This document shows positions 37,226 through 49,930 of a DNA stretch of 64,000 bases, in pieces. The DNA lies in the NCBI GenBank assembly GCA_965285935.1, contig OZ260665.1:28086001-28150000 (forward strand), written 5' to 3'. The position numbers and the translations under genes were made by a program. The stretch comes from Ophelia neglecta. Lineage: Eukaryota. The notes under the pieces were generated by a model, which saw nothing but the letters and a program-made list of their open reading frames with translations, ran no database searches and was not told where the DNA came from. Numbering within the stretch: the first letter of the stretch is position 1; each line of letters begins with the position of its first letter.

Positions 37226-38599
37226 AACTCCACCCTCCCAAAACACTCACTCAAAAACACTGAGGATGGCTGAGACCCGCCTTTACACACCGGTATAGAT
37301 ACCACATACAAGTCATAGATCTTACACTTCTTTAGCAGGCCTTAAGAAGAGTGGGGGCTGTTGTGTCAGAGGAAATAATGTATCATTATGAGCTATAGGC
37401 TTTGAAACTAGATCCAGATTTTGAACTAAACAAATCCTTTATACTTCATCCTGATTTATTTAAATGTTCACTTTCCCCATTCATTTTAGTTCTTGCAATG
37501 AAATTTTTAATAGCAAGCTTGTGTCTGGTAGACTTTGAGTTTGACTGTGTTCAGACCTTACTGATGGGCTGTGGCTATGTCCAAGGCACCCGTGTAACTT
37601 GAAATCAAAAGAAAATATGTGAACTATATGTAAAAAGTCATACAAGTTCATGGAAGCTGTAAAATGTACGTCGATTGGAGTATAGAAGTGTTACAAAACC
37701 CTTCTTTATGAATGTGATAAATCAAATCAGTTTGTGTTCCATTATTATGTACAATGCCTGTCTATTAACTCACAATGGTGACTTTTGTTGATTTGGCTTC
37801 AAGAGAGGACATTATGATTTAGCCCATTGCCTGATGTTAGGCCCATATGGCTAAAAAAGGCTATTGGGAACCTCGCTCATAAATATTATATGGATATTTT
37901 CTTTCCCAAGTCATGCTTTTCTGACAAGAGAATTCAGTGAGATTGACAGTCTCTTTCAGTTTAGATTTACTCTGGGCGGAAAATGTTAAAAAATACTACT
38001 AGATCATGTATAAAAGTAGATATATCTAATAGGTCCATTCACATGGAAACAGGAGGCATAACACTGTGTGCACCATGAAACTGAAATTACCACTACGGTA
38101 GTCTGATTTCCAGCTGGCATCAGGACGTGGTAGATAGGGAGTTCAATATAATTTATAATTCACAGGGACATATTATCATTATGCATCTAAGTTTACTGAA
38201 GAAAAAAATGCTTCCTATACTGGACTTAGACTAAAAATGCATGAAAACGGAGAAGAGTGTGTCAGACAGGATTGTCAGAGAATAAAGGCATCCATGTCTT
38301 GCTCTGACAACTTCCAATCAATTTCACCAAGTATATTTCTCCTAACGTCATCCATGATCTAAGCCTTACAAATGGCAGAAAGCATAAAAAAGATCAGATT
38401 TATATACTCACTGGGACCTATAAATACAAGCTAGCTTAGGCTGAGAAATGACCCGCATAGTAAACTACAAAAAACACATGAAGTGTGGCTGGGAGCATTC
38501 CCTCTACATCTGCAGGGAAGAGGACTATTATTAAACTAGTCATCATTAATGGTCCTTTTTTAATTGTAAAATCTTGGATATTTCCTGGGACCCCACCCC

Positions 38600-38755
38600 A
38601 CACCTTCCAACTGCTATGTGACTTCAAAACCCCTCTCAAAGGAAAGGGGGGCAGCCCCACATTTAAACGCTGTGTATAAACCCTCCTCACAGGAAAGGGT
38701 GGCGGCTCCTCATTTAAAGAGTCTTCTCACAAGAAAGGGTGGCGATCCCACATTC
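38600..38755. repeat. Short degenerate tandem repeat, 3 copies (CTCACAGGAAAGGGTGGCG...CACATTTAA)
   Basis: The motif recurs three times. Confidence 0.7.
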
Positions 38756-40267
38756 ATGCAGTCTGGATGGCTGCCTTTTTGTTACTAAGACAAGGGTATA
38801 TATTAAGGGGATGAGTGTGCCATGCCCATGGAAGCCTCTTAAAAATAATCCTTTGAAGGGACATTCAAGTCTCATATAAAAGGCGTGTACATCACCTGTC
38901 CTCATTTATTCTTAATTTTAGCTGAAGAAAGTCACAGTTTAAGTACAGAAGCTCAGTAAAACTTGGTGACTGTCTATTTAGACAGATTTGTCCTTTTCTC
39001 TGTTTGAGGTATTTCTGTTTTTATTGGTAGATGTGGGTGTGTGCTCTTTAAGAATGAGTAGTGCTGATTGGTCAGATATCAGTGCATCACAATTATGCAT
39101 GCTACTCTTCCCCACACACACCTTTTGCTTTATTTGATATTCCAGCAAATTTGGTTGCTGGGTCCACGTTTTTCAGCTGAGAACTATGAACTCAGGATTA
39201 AACTCTTGGTGTTCTTGCCGTTGTTGGTGGGATTGTGAAATATGGCATTAAGTTTCACAAGGCAGTTTTAACGACTTCAACTATCTCACTATGTTTTCAA
39301 GCGGGCTGGTGAAGGTTCGCCCAAGTGCTCCCTACCATCCTATGAAGTGTGTTTACGGAGTACAGTTTGTGTTTTCACAAAGACTCCGTTCTGAGGTAAA
39401 TTGAATCTGTCAACAGACTCTCATTGAGTGTCTGGCTGGGATATCACTCAGATTGCATGCTAAACACCTCGAAAGGGTCAGTTACAGGCTCACTGCGCTG
39501 GGCCCCATATTGCATTCATCACCACTTCAAAGAGCTATCAGCTTGGAAAATAAGCAACAGCCGTAGAAAATTATGATCATATCTAAACTAGAGGGCTAGT
39601 GCAGGAGTTTTTAATCTGTATTTCACAATAAGAAGGCGCGTGGAGTTGTTCCCCTTCATTTAGGCTGACTGTACCAGAGCTTACAAGACTTATTAACTGC
39701 CATTACAGAGAAGTGGGCATCCTTAAACAACACAGTTATTGTTATATTTTGCTAATATAAAACTCAGGTTGACTAGATGGTTTCTTCCTAGTTGTTTGTC
39801 AAGATTCCAGATATTCAAGTTGTTTAGCTGAGGCCTCCGGGCCAGGGTACTCCTCTTTCCTGTCAGAATTGACAAGGAACTTCTCCAAACTGTCAGCCCC
39901 CCTACGGTGAAGTTATCTTCCCGATGTCTACTTGAGTGCCCCCTAGTGTTATCAGACATGTACTAGGCAGGGCGATTACTGGCAGAACATGGGTGATAAA
40001 TGATGCCTGTAGGGACTCAGCAAGAGACGGGACATATATTCATATTTACCTTGCTGATCTTTGCCTGGGATTGATGGGACTGACGCTATCTGACATTATC
40101 TGACGGTGGTCATGCAGAGCAAATTCCATATTTCTTGTATACATAGTTGATGATGGATTGGGGTCTGCCTCTCCAACCAGGGTGGCCTGGCCAGGCAGTA
40201 GTAATCAGTATGTAATCACTGCCAGGCCTGTAGCCATAGCTGGCAATCAAAAGGTCTCCAGGCTGGG

Positions 40268-40277
40268 TGATTGACAG
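40268..40277 (+). promoter_or_regulatory. Candidate Pbx-Prep/Meis decamer TGATTGACAG
   Basis: Exact match to the established TALE heterodimer motif. TGATGGATTG lies nearby at 40151. Confidence 0.35.
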
Positions 40278-40906
40278 CCCCTAGTCAGGACTGACAGAAG
40301 GGGGGGGGGGGCTCCAGCCTCTAGTCAGGACTGACAGGGGTGGGGGGGGGGGGGCTCCAGCCTCTTGTCAAAACTGGGAGGGGGAAAGGGGCAGTGCCAT
40401 CATTCAGGGTTGGGTAGGGGGTAGGGAAGGGGGATGGAGTAAAGTGCCTTTGAGCTCATTTACAAGGAATGGAGTGCTCTATAAATGCCAGTAATATTAA
40501 GGGGAGGGATGGGGAGGAAGGGGGATGGGGGCTCTTGGTAGAGGGAGGGAGATTCTGGCAGGCAGAGGAAGATGGATCCAGCCCAGTTCAGGGGGGTAAG
40601 ATACAGCCATCAGGCAGGAAGCAAGAGGTGGGTCTAGCTAACAGTCTGGAGGAGGGAAGTGAGTGCTCTACCAGGCAAGGCAGGCAGATCTAGCTAATAG
40701 ACAGAGGAGGAAGAAAGAGCATTAATACAGGTACCAGATGAGGGGGTGGGGTGGTTAAAGGCAGGAGGACGGAGTGGGGGGGGGGGGGTAGGAGAGTTGT
40801 CAGCAAAGGCTCCCCCAATCCACCGGCCATTATACAATGGGGGAATCTATACATTCATTGAAATACAGTGTGTGGATCAGTCCTAAAGACCCTGGTTTGC
40901 AATTAA

Positions 40907-41464
40907 AAACCTCCAGTGACCCACATACCAGGTATCATTGAGGGGGTGAGGGGTGGCTACAGACCTCCTGTCACCCCCATACCAGGTATCATTCAGGGGG
41001 TGAGGGGTGGCTACACCCCTCCAGTCACCCCCATACCAGGTATCATTGAGGGGGGGGGGGGGTGGCTACAGACTTCTAGTAACCCTATACCAGTCATCGT
41101 TCAGGGGGTGAGGGGTGGATACAGACCTCCAGTCACCCCCATACCAGGTATCATTGAGGGGGTGAGGGGTGGCTACAGACCTCCAATCACCCCCATACCA
41201 GGTATCATTGAGGGGGTGAGGGGTGGCTACAGACCTCCAGTAACCCCCATACCAGGTATCATTGAGGGGGTGAGGGGTGGCTACAGACCTCCAATCACCC
41301 CCATACCAGGTATCATTGAGGGGGGGGGTGAGGGGTGGCTACAGACCTCCAGGCACCCCCATACCAGGTATCATACAGGGGCTGAGGGGTGGCTACAGAC
41401 CTCTAGTCACCCCCATACCAGGTATTGTTCAGGGGGTGAGGGGTGGCTACAGACCTCCAGTCAC
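40907..41464. repeat. Minisatellite, 54-bp unit with an internal inverted repeat, about 10 copies
   Basis: Unit AGACCTCCAGTCACCCCCATACCAGGTATCATTGAGGGGGTGAGGGGTGGCTAC. The ORF period is 18 aa. Confidence 0.95.
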
Positions 41465-41744
41465 TACTAGTTGTACACCCTGGTCCTGAAAGTGATGGCA
41501 AATGTAGTTCACTACCCTCATTGGTTCGCTGAAACCTTTTTGCAGAGAGAAGTTATTGGAATTTGACAAATTTTCAGATGTCCGGAGAGTTTAATTTAGA
41601 GTTGTACAATATAATTGATTTCAGTTTCGCCAGTGTGTGACTCTGGAACATATTTCCATCTTTTATAAATCTACTGAAGACTTAGTCTCTCTAAGGGTTT
41701 TTAAAGATCTATCTGTTTAGCGAGGCATTTCCAAGATTTTAAGT

Positions 41745-41781
41745 TACTAATGTTTTTGTTGTCCTTTTTTGTTAGGTAATT
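41745..41781 (+). other. Candidate recursive (ratchet) splice site
   Basis: TACTAAT branch-like motif, T-rich tract, TAG|GTAATT with AG at 41774-41775. Confidence 0.35.
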
Positions 41782-44378
41782 CTTAAATTGTCTTCTTCTT
41801 AATCAATTACTGTCTTTTAATCATTGTTTTAATTTTTCCATATTGTTTTATTTAATTTGTCATTATTATGTTATTTAATTTGACTTTATTGTGTTATTTT
41901 AGGCATTATTCTGTAATATTGTCAAGGCTTATGGCTTAGTCATCTTAATTGTTAAGTCATCTAATCACCATCCAGTCATTATTGTGTTGTACGACACTCA
42001 AGATCCAAGAAAATAAAATGAAATTTAAAGAATATCATTTAGAATATAATGGAATATGGAATTGTGTACATAAAATATGAGGGGATATTTTACTGTGGGA
42101 ATTTTATTATTTTGCAATAAAAGAGCAGCTAAGCAAGTAAACTGAATTGCTGGTAAACATTTTGATTTCTCTAGTATTAAGTATCAGGTGTGTTAGGTTT
42201 GGATTGACAGAGGAGTGAAGTATACCTCCTCCCTCCCCTGTCCCACCCCTTGCTCCCCCTTCCTACACTGTGTGGACCCCTGTATATGATGATTGAGACC
42301 CCCAGGCAGTCAGCCCCTGTCATTGGTATTTAGTTTGCCAGGGGGTTCTCTGACAGATGCCTGCTCCCGACCAGCCTAGTGGTGTGCCACTCAGTGGGGG
42401 CTGCCAACACTGTCAGTCCCCATTTGAGCAACATCCTGACATTGAAATTGTGTTAATCTGCCAAGATCTCTACCAGAACTGGGGCTGAACTGTCTGTCCC
42501 AAGCTCACCAGCTCTCTGGGCCAAGGTACAAGCTTGTTGGTTAATCTTTTCCCTGAAAAATAACACTCCAGGTCAGTACAGATGATTTGAGAAAGCCATG
42601 CATGGTAAATTAGTCTAGTCTTCTGGAAATATCAAACAAAGGGATAAAAACAACACTCCCATGCTCAGTGAGTCCTGGTCTGGGCACCTGCTAAACATGT
42701 TAGAAATGGATTTCACACACTGCCAAAAGTTCTGAATGGATTTTTTTTCGCAAGTTTTCATGACTAGGAATTGCAAAATAAAATGCTGTGAAAATTAAAT
42801 GTGCATACAATGGCCAAAATCAGTAAACTGGCCGAATCAGTAGGCGCGAATAGTAACATGCCACTTAAATTAGATTTTGGCTGTTCTATTCAAATATTTT
42901 GCAGCGAAAATTTTATGTTTAAAAGTAGTATAGTAAAATTAAGTGCCGGAGTGAAAGCATAATGAATTGTGCTCTTGACAATACCAGAAATAGATACAAG
43001 CTGTCTTTAATTTTGAAAGTCCTCATTTCTCAGCTAAGTTATAGCACAAAACGTTAAAACTTTATTCCTTAGACAAAAAGTTAAAAACAAAAGTTGAATT
43101 GTCTCTTAAAAGTGATTTATTTGTATAAAACAATTAAATGATGAACTTTTTTGCCTGGTAAATATCCTAGTCATTCAATTTAGTCAAGTGTCCGCGTTAA
43201 CAATAACGCTGCTGATTTATGGCAATGATTCGAAGCAGACGGCAGTATTCCTGGGCCTTTGTGTATCAATGTTATCAATTAAAGGAGTTTGATTGTATTT
43301 CATGGTAATTGTTCAGTGCTACCACCAGAAGGCATGTCACCTGGTCGAGATGTCAGAAAACTATCACCCCATTCTAAGATCTACCATGGATTCACTGATT
43401 AATACCCTTAATTTAATTAAAACTGCCAGGTGTGCTTCTCCGTCTGATGATAGCGACTGATTTATATCTACTATGGATGGCAATGCTTACAGACTAACGA
43501 GCGCTATGACAGCTCTAGTGTTTGGAGTGAGGGCTAAACACACAAAAACAGGGAACTTTGCCCGCCATCCACTGAATTCATGATTAACACAGGCTCAGGA
43601 CTCCCAAGTTGGCAATGCACAATTCATTGGGCTTCATAAGCAACGTTTCATTGAATTATGGCTGATTAAAATTCAGCAAGCCTGATGCTATGCTTTCAGC
43701 AGTTGGCACTTGCCAAACGAAATTATGAAGCAATAAACAAAGTTGGGTAAAAAAGGCTGGCTGCACACATGTATGTGTATCTGGTGATCTTTAGGGATGA
43801 GAGCTGACGGCTATCATTGCCATCTGAACCTGCTCTGAATCATAAGCAGAAGATGAACAGACAGATAAATCATAGAAACTGATTATTATGTCACAAACGA
43901 TGAATTATGCTGAATGTTTTGATTCCTGGTAATCTATAACCCTTTTATACAATGAGAAGTATTTGTTGTCTGTCTAAAACATATGCTGTATAAATGTTCT
44001 TCGGAATACTAATTAAGCATGATCTGGGCTATGTAACTATCTGAATGTACATTTTATAGATAAATTATCTGATGACTATGTATCTACTGTTATCATAGTT
44101 TGCATCATAATTATGTATATTTAGTGTTTGAACATAAAATATGATAGTAAGTAATATATTTTCCCCAGGTATTGTATTATTTATTATAATAATGGTAATG
44201 ATGGGGTGTTTTTAAGCTTCCATAATCCTGATTAACCCTTGTCCTAAGAGGAATTCTGTACCTGTCAGTAACATAGCCCCATCTTGTACATGTAAGTACC
44301 CAGGAAGAAAACAGTTAACAGACCAGAAGTTCAAGTATATTTTACCTAATGAAGGCACTTAGAATAATTTGGGTATGA

Positions 44379-44421
44379 CAGTGGTCCCTGCAATGTAGGG
44401 ACACATCTATGTCTGAGAAAA
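44379..44421. mobile_element. Truncated left end of the 178-bp MITE
   Basis: CAGTGGTCCCTGCAATGTAGGGACACATCTATGTCTGAGAAAA matches the starts at 18328 and 46928. Confidence 0.8.
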
Positions 44422-44762
44422 ATTATTTAACAAATGGCTAACTAAATAATGAATGTAGGGTTTATAAGTGAATTAGTAACTTGACAGGAAGAACTGGACA
44501 GGATGGTAAAAAATAAAAAACTGACAGTACTCTACTCTTATCAACAGACCAGTAGCTTCAAGTATATTTAAGCTAATGAAGGCACTTATTATAGTTTTGG
44601 TATTATGTGGTAAGAGACACTCATTGAGGGCTGCAACAGGGGTTTTTAGTGGATGCTTATGTTTGGAACAACTAACAGCTACGGTCCAGCTTAGAAAAAA
44701 AGAAGTGCTTTTTGTTAGGGTAAAGTTGGTATTTGAAGCTAATTTTATGCCACATATTATAG
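44415..44762. repeat. Local dispersed duplication, paralog of 46815-47289, lacking the MITE (empty site)
   Basis: Colinear similarity: TCAACAGACCAGTAG, CTAATGAAGGCACTTATTATA, GCTACGGTCCAGCTTAGAAAAAA, TTTGTTAGGGTAAAGTTGGTATTTGAAG. Confidence 0.9.
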
Positions 44763-45251
44763 TCTGACTTGTAAAGAGATGTCGAAAACCCAGGTTTTAC
44801 AGTTGATATAGAGTCTTCCTGTGGCTGCACCCCGAGCTTACAAAACTTGATTATATGGCCTACAGGGATGTTAGCCATGACTAAATAACCAACTGCTGTA
44901 GAACAATATTTTGCCAGGTCCAGCTGTCGCTTTGAATCTGCCTTTGCGAAGATTGCCGAGCACAGATCAGCACCCGAGATAACTGAATGTTTGTAGTCAG
45001 TGAGCTGCGTTCACCTAAACTTCCTCTGCCCGAGGCACAAAAAACTTAGCTAATGTTTTGGCAAGGGGTGAGGGTAATAAATGACACGTTTCACTGATAC
45101 TTTGTTTATTAGTTTGAATGTGAGCAGTGTGGCAGGGAGATGAAAGGGAGGTCTCCCAGGTCAGAACTCTGACGGTTGGAGGGTCAAAGCCGTGCCTTGT
45201 ACCCAGCAAGAGGAGGGATAACTTACCTAACTGACGACTAACAGAGGAACT

Positions 45252-45950
45252 GGGTGGAGGCTATAATACCTACCAAACAAACAGTTACCAGCATGGAGAA
45301 TGGAGGGACCTTAGCTCAGAGAGAGGAGAGAGGGGCTGGGTGGAGGGTTACCTACCAAACAAACAGTAACCATCATGGAGAATGGAGGGATCTTAACTCA
45401 GAGAGAGGAGAGAGGGGCTGGGTGGAGGGTTACCTACGAAACAAACAGTTACCAGCATGGAGAATGGAGGGACCTTAGCTCAGAGAGGGGAGAGAGGGGC
45501 TTGGTGGAGGGTTACCTACCAAACAAACAGTAACCATCATGGAGAATGGAGGGGCCTTAGCTCAGAGAGAGGGGCTGGGTGGAGGGTTACCTACCAAACA
45601 AACAGTTACAAGCATGGAGAATGGAGGGATCTTAGCTCAGAGAGGGGAGAGAGTGGCTGGGTGGAGGGTTACCTACCAAACAAACAGTAACCATCATGGA
45701 GAATGGAGGGACCTTAGCTCAGAGAGGGGAGAGAGGGGCTGGGTGGAGGGTTACCTACCAAACAGGGTGGAGGGTTACCTACCAAACATACAGTTACCAG
45801 CATGGAGAATGGAGGGGCCTTAGCTCAGAGAGGGGAGAGAGAGGCTGGGTGGAGGGTTACCTACCAAACAAGCAGTAACCATCATGGAGAATGGAGGGAC
45901 CTTAACTCAGAGAGAGGGGATGGGTAGTTACCTACCAAACAAACAGTTAC
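45252..45950. repeat. Minisatellite, about 82-bp unit with two alternating variants, about 8.5 copies
   Basis: GGGTGGAGGGTTACCTACCAAACAAACAG anchor. Variants AGTTACCAGCATGG and AGTAACCATCATGG alternate. Confidence 0.94.
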
Positions 45951-46479
45951 TTTGTTTGTACGGTTCCCTGTTCAGTTTGTGAAACTGCATGTGTAGCTAG
46001 TAGTAACCAGAGCTACCATTGGACCATCATTCAGCATGGTCGCAAACCAAAGTACTGGCAACTCTTGTTATGACCCTGGAAATCTACAGTGATGAAATAG
46101 ATAGACTGGGAAAGGCTGTGTAACATCATAAAATTCCTGAATAAATGTCATGTAATATGAGAAAAAATGATTTAAATAGATCCTGGAGAATGTTATGAAG
46201 TAGGTGGTGGAATTGTCTGGCCTCCAGCTGCTATGGAACGCCCCAGGAACAGTTACCTGCATGGACAATAGGAGGGTAGCTTTCCTCAACACTGACAGTC
46301 AGACTGGCTAGCCACTATTCTAAAGTTTATTTGTGGCTATTATTGTGTGACATGTTGCTAAGGATTTAGGATTGTAATATATTTTAGTGGTCTAAATACA
46401 GGACATTATGTGCCTGAAGGGTTTAGGCATGAGAAGCCTAAGAGTTTTTTTTTTTAGACAAATTAATTGTCAAAACATT

Positions 46480-46625
46480 GCAGGCGGCCCTTCATCGGGG
46501 GGGGGGGGGGGGGGGGGGTTATTTAACATGTAAAAAGATAGGACAAGGGTGTTCAAAACCTGAAACCTGTCCAGCCATCACAGGTGGCCCTTCATCGGAG
46601 GGGCCCTACATCACAGGGACCACTG
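46480..46625. mobile_element. Right portion of a related MITE with a poly-G expansion
   Basis: Contains AAAGATAGGACA and CCCTTCATCGGAGGG, and ends CATCACAGGGACCACTG|TA. Confidence 0.75.
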
Positions 46626-46927
46626 TAAATCCAATCTAAATAGGTTGTTGTTTAAATGGTATCCAAATGTCCAGATTATGTGGAACCAATTGGACACTAA
46701 CACATGATAAGGACACCATCCAGGTGAAAACAGTAGACACCACACAGATTATTATGGACCAAACTGAAAACAGTTATTTAACTCAATAACAGCTCCACTT
46801 TTACAGAGGTGGATTGAGAAATATTTAACAAATGGCTAAATAATTGATGAATGTAGGGTTTATCAACAGACCAGTAGGTTAAAGTATATTTTACCTAATG
46901 AAGGCACTTATTATAATTTTGGTATAA

Positions 46928-47105
46928 CAGTGGTCCCTGCAAAGTAGGGACACCTCTAAATTTGAGAAAAAGTGTCCCTACAAAGCAGATGTCCCTACAT
47001 CAGAGGGACATTAACATGGGAAAGATAGGACATGAGCATGGAAAAATGTCCTGTGGTCAGAGAGCGTCCCTTCATCGAGGTGTCCCTTTATCTAAGGAAC
47101 CACTG
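46928..47105. mobile_element. Complete 178-bp Tc1-mariner-type MITE
   Basis: CAGTGGTCCCTG...AAGGAACCACTG|TA. Same length and internal sequence as 18328-18505. Absent from the paralogous site at about 44603. Confidence 0.9.
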
Positions 47106-49809
47106 TATATGGTAAGAGGCGCTTGTTCTTGAGGCCTGCAACAGGGTTTTTAGTGGATGTTTTATATTTGGAACAACTTATGGCTACGGTCCAGCTTAGA
47201 AAAAATGGAGCGCTGTTTGTTAGGGTAAAGTTGGCTTTTTGTTAGGGTAAAGTTGGTATTTGAAGGCAATGTTATGCCACATATCATAGGCTTACCCCCC
47301 CCCCCCCCTCTGGAGTTCAATTGCGAAGTAATTGAAGAGCCAAGTTATGGATGGGATATCCTGGCTAGAATCCATAAAAGTTACAACCACCGGCTGTCTT
47401 TATTCAAATAATCTTTGTATGTGTTATCAATCAACTTATGATTGTAATTATGCATAATTTATACAATTTGTCATTATTTCATGATGCCCCAGTGTCTCTC
47501 GGACAATTAACACTGTACTTCCACCGTCCATTGCCGCCTGAGACCCTGACACATGCGTTATATATTGCCCAATTATGTCCAAATCAACATTGCTGTTGAA
47601 TGTATAAATTTTATAGCCAAATTATAGCCCCTTTGGATATGATTCAATGTGTGTATATTGTCTTCAACCCAAATAGAATTGAAATGATGGCATCAGCCCA
47701 TGGCCAAATCTATGCAAAGCGCTCGCAGGTGCAATTTAACACATGCATATTCATGAAGATAAATGCTCATTACTGTGGAAGATTGAATTTTATTTCATAT
47801 TATAATCAATTTAAATAGAGACAAATAGAATAACTGTATAGTCACGTTGTTGTAGATGACTTCATGCATCAGGGACAGGAAATGTCGAGTTAACTCATTC
47901 ACTGCTGACTTTTCTGTAAGCAAAGGCATTTTGTAAAAGATATCTTGTCAACCGCAGTGAAGGAGCTAAGGCCTTTGGTCCAAGGACACTTATTTATGTG
48001 GAAAAAAACAACAAAAATAAAAACTCCCATTTCCTTGTCAGGGCCTGTAAAATAATGATACATGAAGATGAAGCAGTGTATCAAATGTGTATTGTGTTAT
48101 GATGAATTAGGAGTTCATCGGAACGATCACAATGTTACATTTATCAAAATGCTCCTGAAAGCAACAGCATAGTTTTTCCCCCTGTTATTTGTTTGGTATC
48201 AGTAGCAGAGCAAATTGACTCTGTCATTCCCGATCCCGGCTCCTGGTGAATGCCGATTGCTCAGTTTACCGACTGTTTGCCTGCCTGGTGTTTGACAATA
48301 CCCAGCTTCACAAATCCAATGTATTAAGTCACAATATCTGTCCGAAGTTTGGCAGATCATACAATTTGGGTCTCGGGAGATCATCTGGATATTAGAAGCT
48401 CTCCTAGATGATGAGGTGGAGGGGAGAATATATGAGACAGCCGTCGACCAGTTTTATGTCAAGGGCAAGAATGATAAAATTCCTCAAAAGGGACGCCTTT
48501 TCTACGCAGATAAATGTACCTCCTGAGAGACATGTACCTTCTGAGAGACATGTTCCTTCTCGGTTATATTTACCACCCACCGCAGCCTGTAATCAGCAGA
48601 CGTAGAATCAAGTAAACATAAAATGGGAATTTAGAAACTATCTGTTCAATGCTGAAAAATGTTCTTTTGTGATTACTTAACATTACCTATGATACACATG
48701 TAAATTCACACAGTGTGTATTAGGGAACCTGATTGGTCAACCCGAGAGGGTCACTCCACTGAACATACAAATAACATGAACATGAGTCTGTCAAAGTGTG
48801 GATGTAGGAAGCAGGGAGGCAACATCAATTTAGAATCCAGATGTCTAAACAAGAAGTTAGAAATCCCAGCAAGCCCCATGATGTTGCAGGTTCTAAAACT
48901 ACGTTCTTGCAAAATGTTTAATTCTTTTCTAACGTTGAACTTAACAGGCTAATATAGTGTTTAAGTTAAGACTTCTAGTTTAAGAAGGTCCCAGTACATG
49001 GTTCCTGCTGGCCTGACAAGATGGTGCAGTAGTATTGACCAGGTGGTTCTACGTGTACATTAGCTCCCATTGCCTGTGATGAGCAAATTGTCTGTCATTT
49101 TGACATAGTGTTTTGGTCAGCACCTGAATAATTGCCTTTTTGTGCAATTTGAAATCAATTTAGAACAAATATACATTCAAATATATATGTTTTACCATGC
49201 AATCTGACAAAGGGAACAAGCTGTAACCCACACGGAGACCTGGCCTAGCTCAGCATCCACTTGTAGTGTTCACAAAGTGTGTGGAAAATATGATGACCAT
49301 CACAAAAAAGGTGAATTTATACACATAATTTCTATGATTTTATTGCTGCTTGTGGCTGTTGGCCAAAGCTCCTTATGGTCATTCTATTGAATAAAATCTG
49401 CTTGTTGTGAGGTGTTTTTCTGGAAATCTAGTGAGTATTTTTTCTAATGTCATGCCATATTTTAGATGGATTTAATTGGTTCAGGTGTTCCCTGGTTTTG
49501 AGACAGTAAGAATGTTGTAAGTAACTTACTTACCTCTCTGCACTCTGTACTGTTTAAGTTTATCATCTGAGGTGGGTAGGGTAAGGTAGCTAGACTGTTT
49601 TAGTTGTCTCCTGTAGAAATTAAACAGTAGTGATTAAAAGTCTCGTTTTTTTTAAAACATTTTTAATTATTTAGATGAGATTCACATTGGACTAGTATGT
49701 TGTAGTAGTGGAGGGAACTTGGACAGGGCTCGCTCCTTATCAGAGATATTCTGGGGGTGCTGCCTACTTCACCGAGTTCTCTGTATGACTTAGGGGTGGT
49801 CACATATCT

Positions 49810-49930
49810 TTATCTGACTCTTAGCCCCTTGAAGTAGACCCTCCTGTCTATGGGTTGCCCTCCTGGGACATTAGGGTAAAGTGTAACCTATGGAGGGAGG
49901 GTCCACTTCAAGAGGCTCAGAGTCAAATAA
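49810..49930. mobile_element. Foldback element or MITE: about 48-bp imperfect inverted arms with a short spacer
   Basis: TTATCTGACTCTTAGCCCCTTGAAGTAGACCCTCC... versus ...GGAGGGTCCACTTCAAGAGGCTCAGAGTCAAATAA. Confidence 0.65.

Noticed and set aside
38269-38315. Hairpin TTGTCAGAG...CTCTGACAA
   Set aside because: Too short for a pre-miRNA and expected by chance given the abundance of TGACA motifs.
38405-38425. Possible 6-nt minus-strand microexon (TTTATAG|GTCCCA|GTGAGT)
   Set aside because: Weak pyrimidine tract and no independent support, so indistinguishable from chance.
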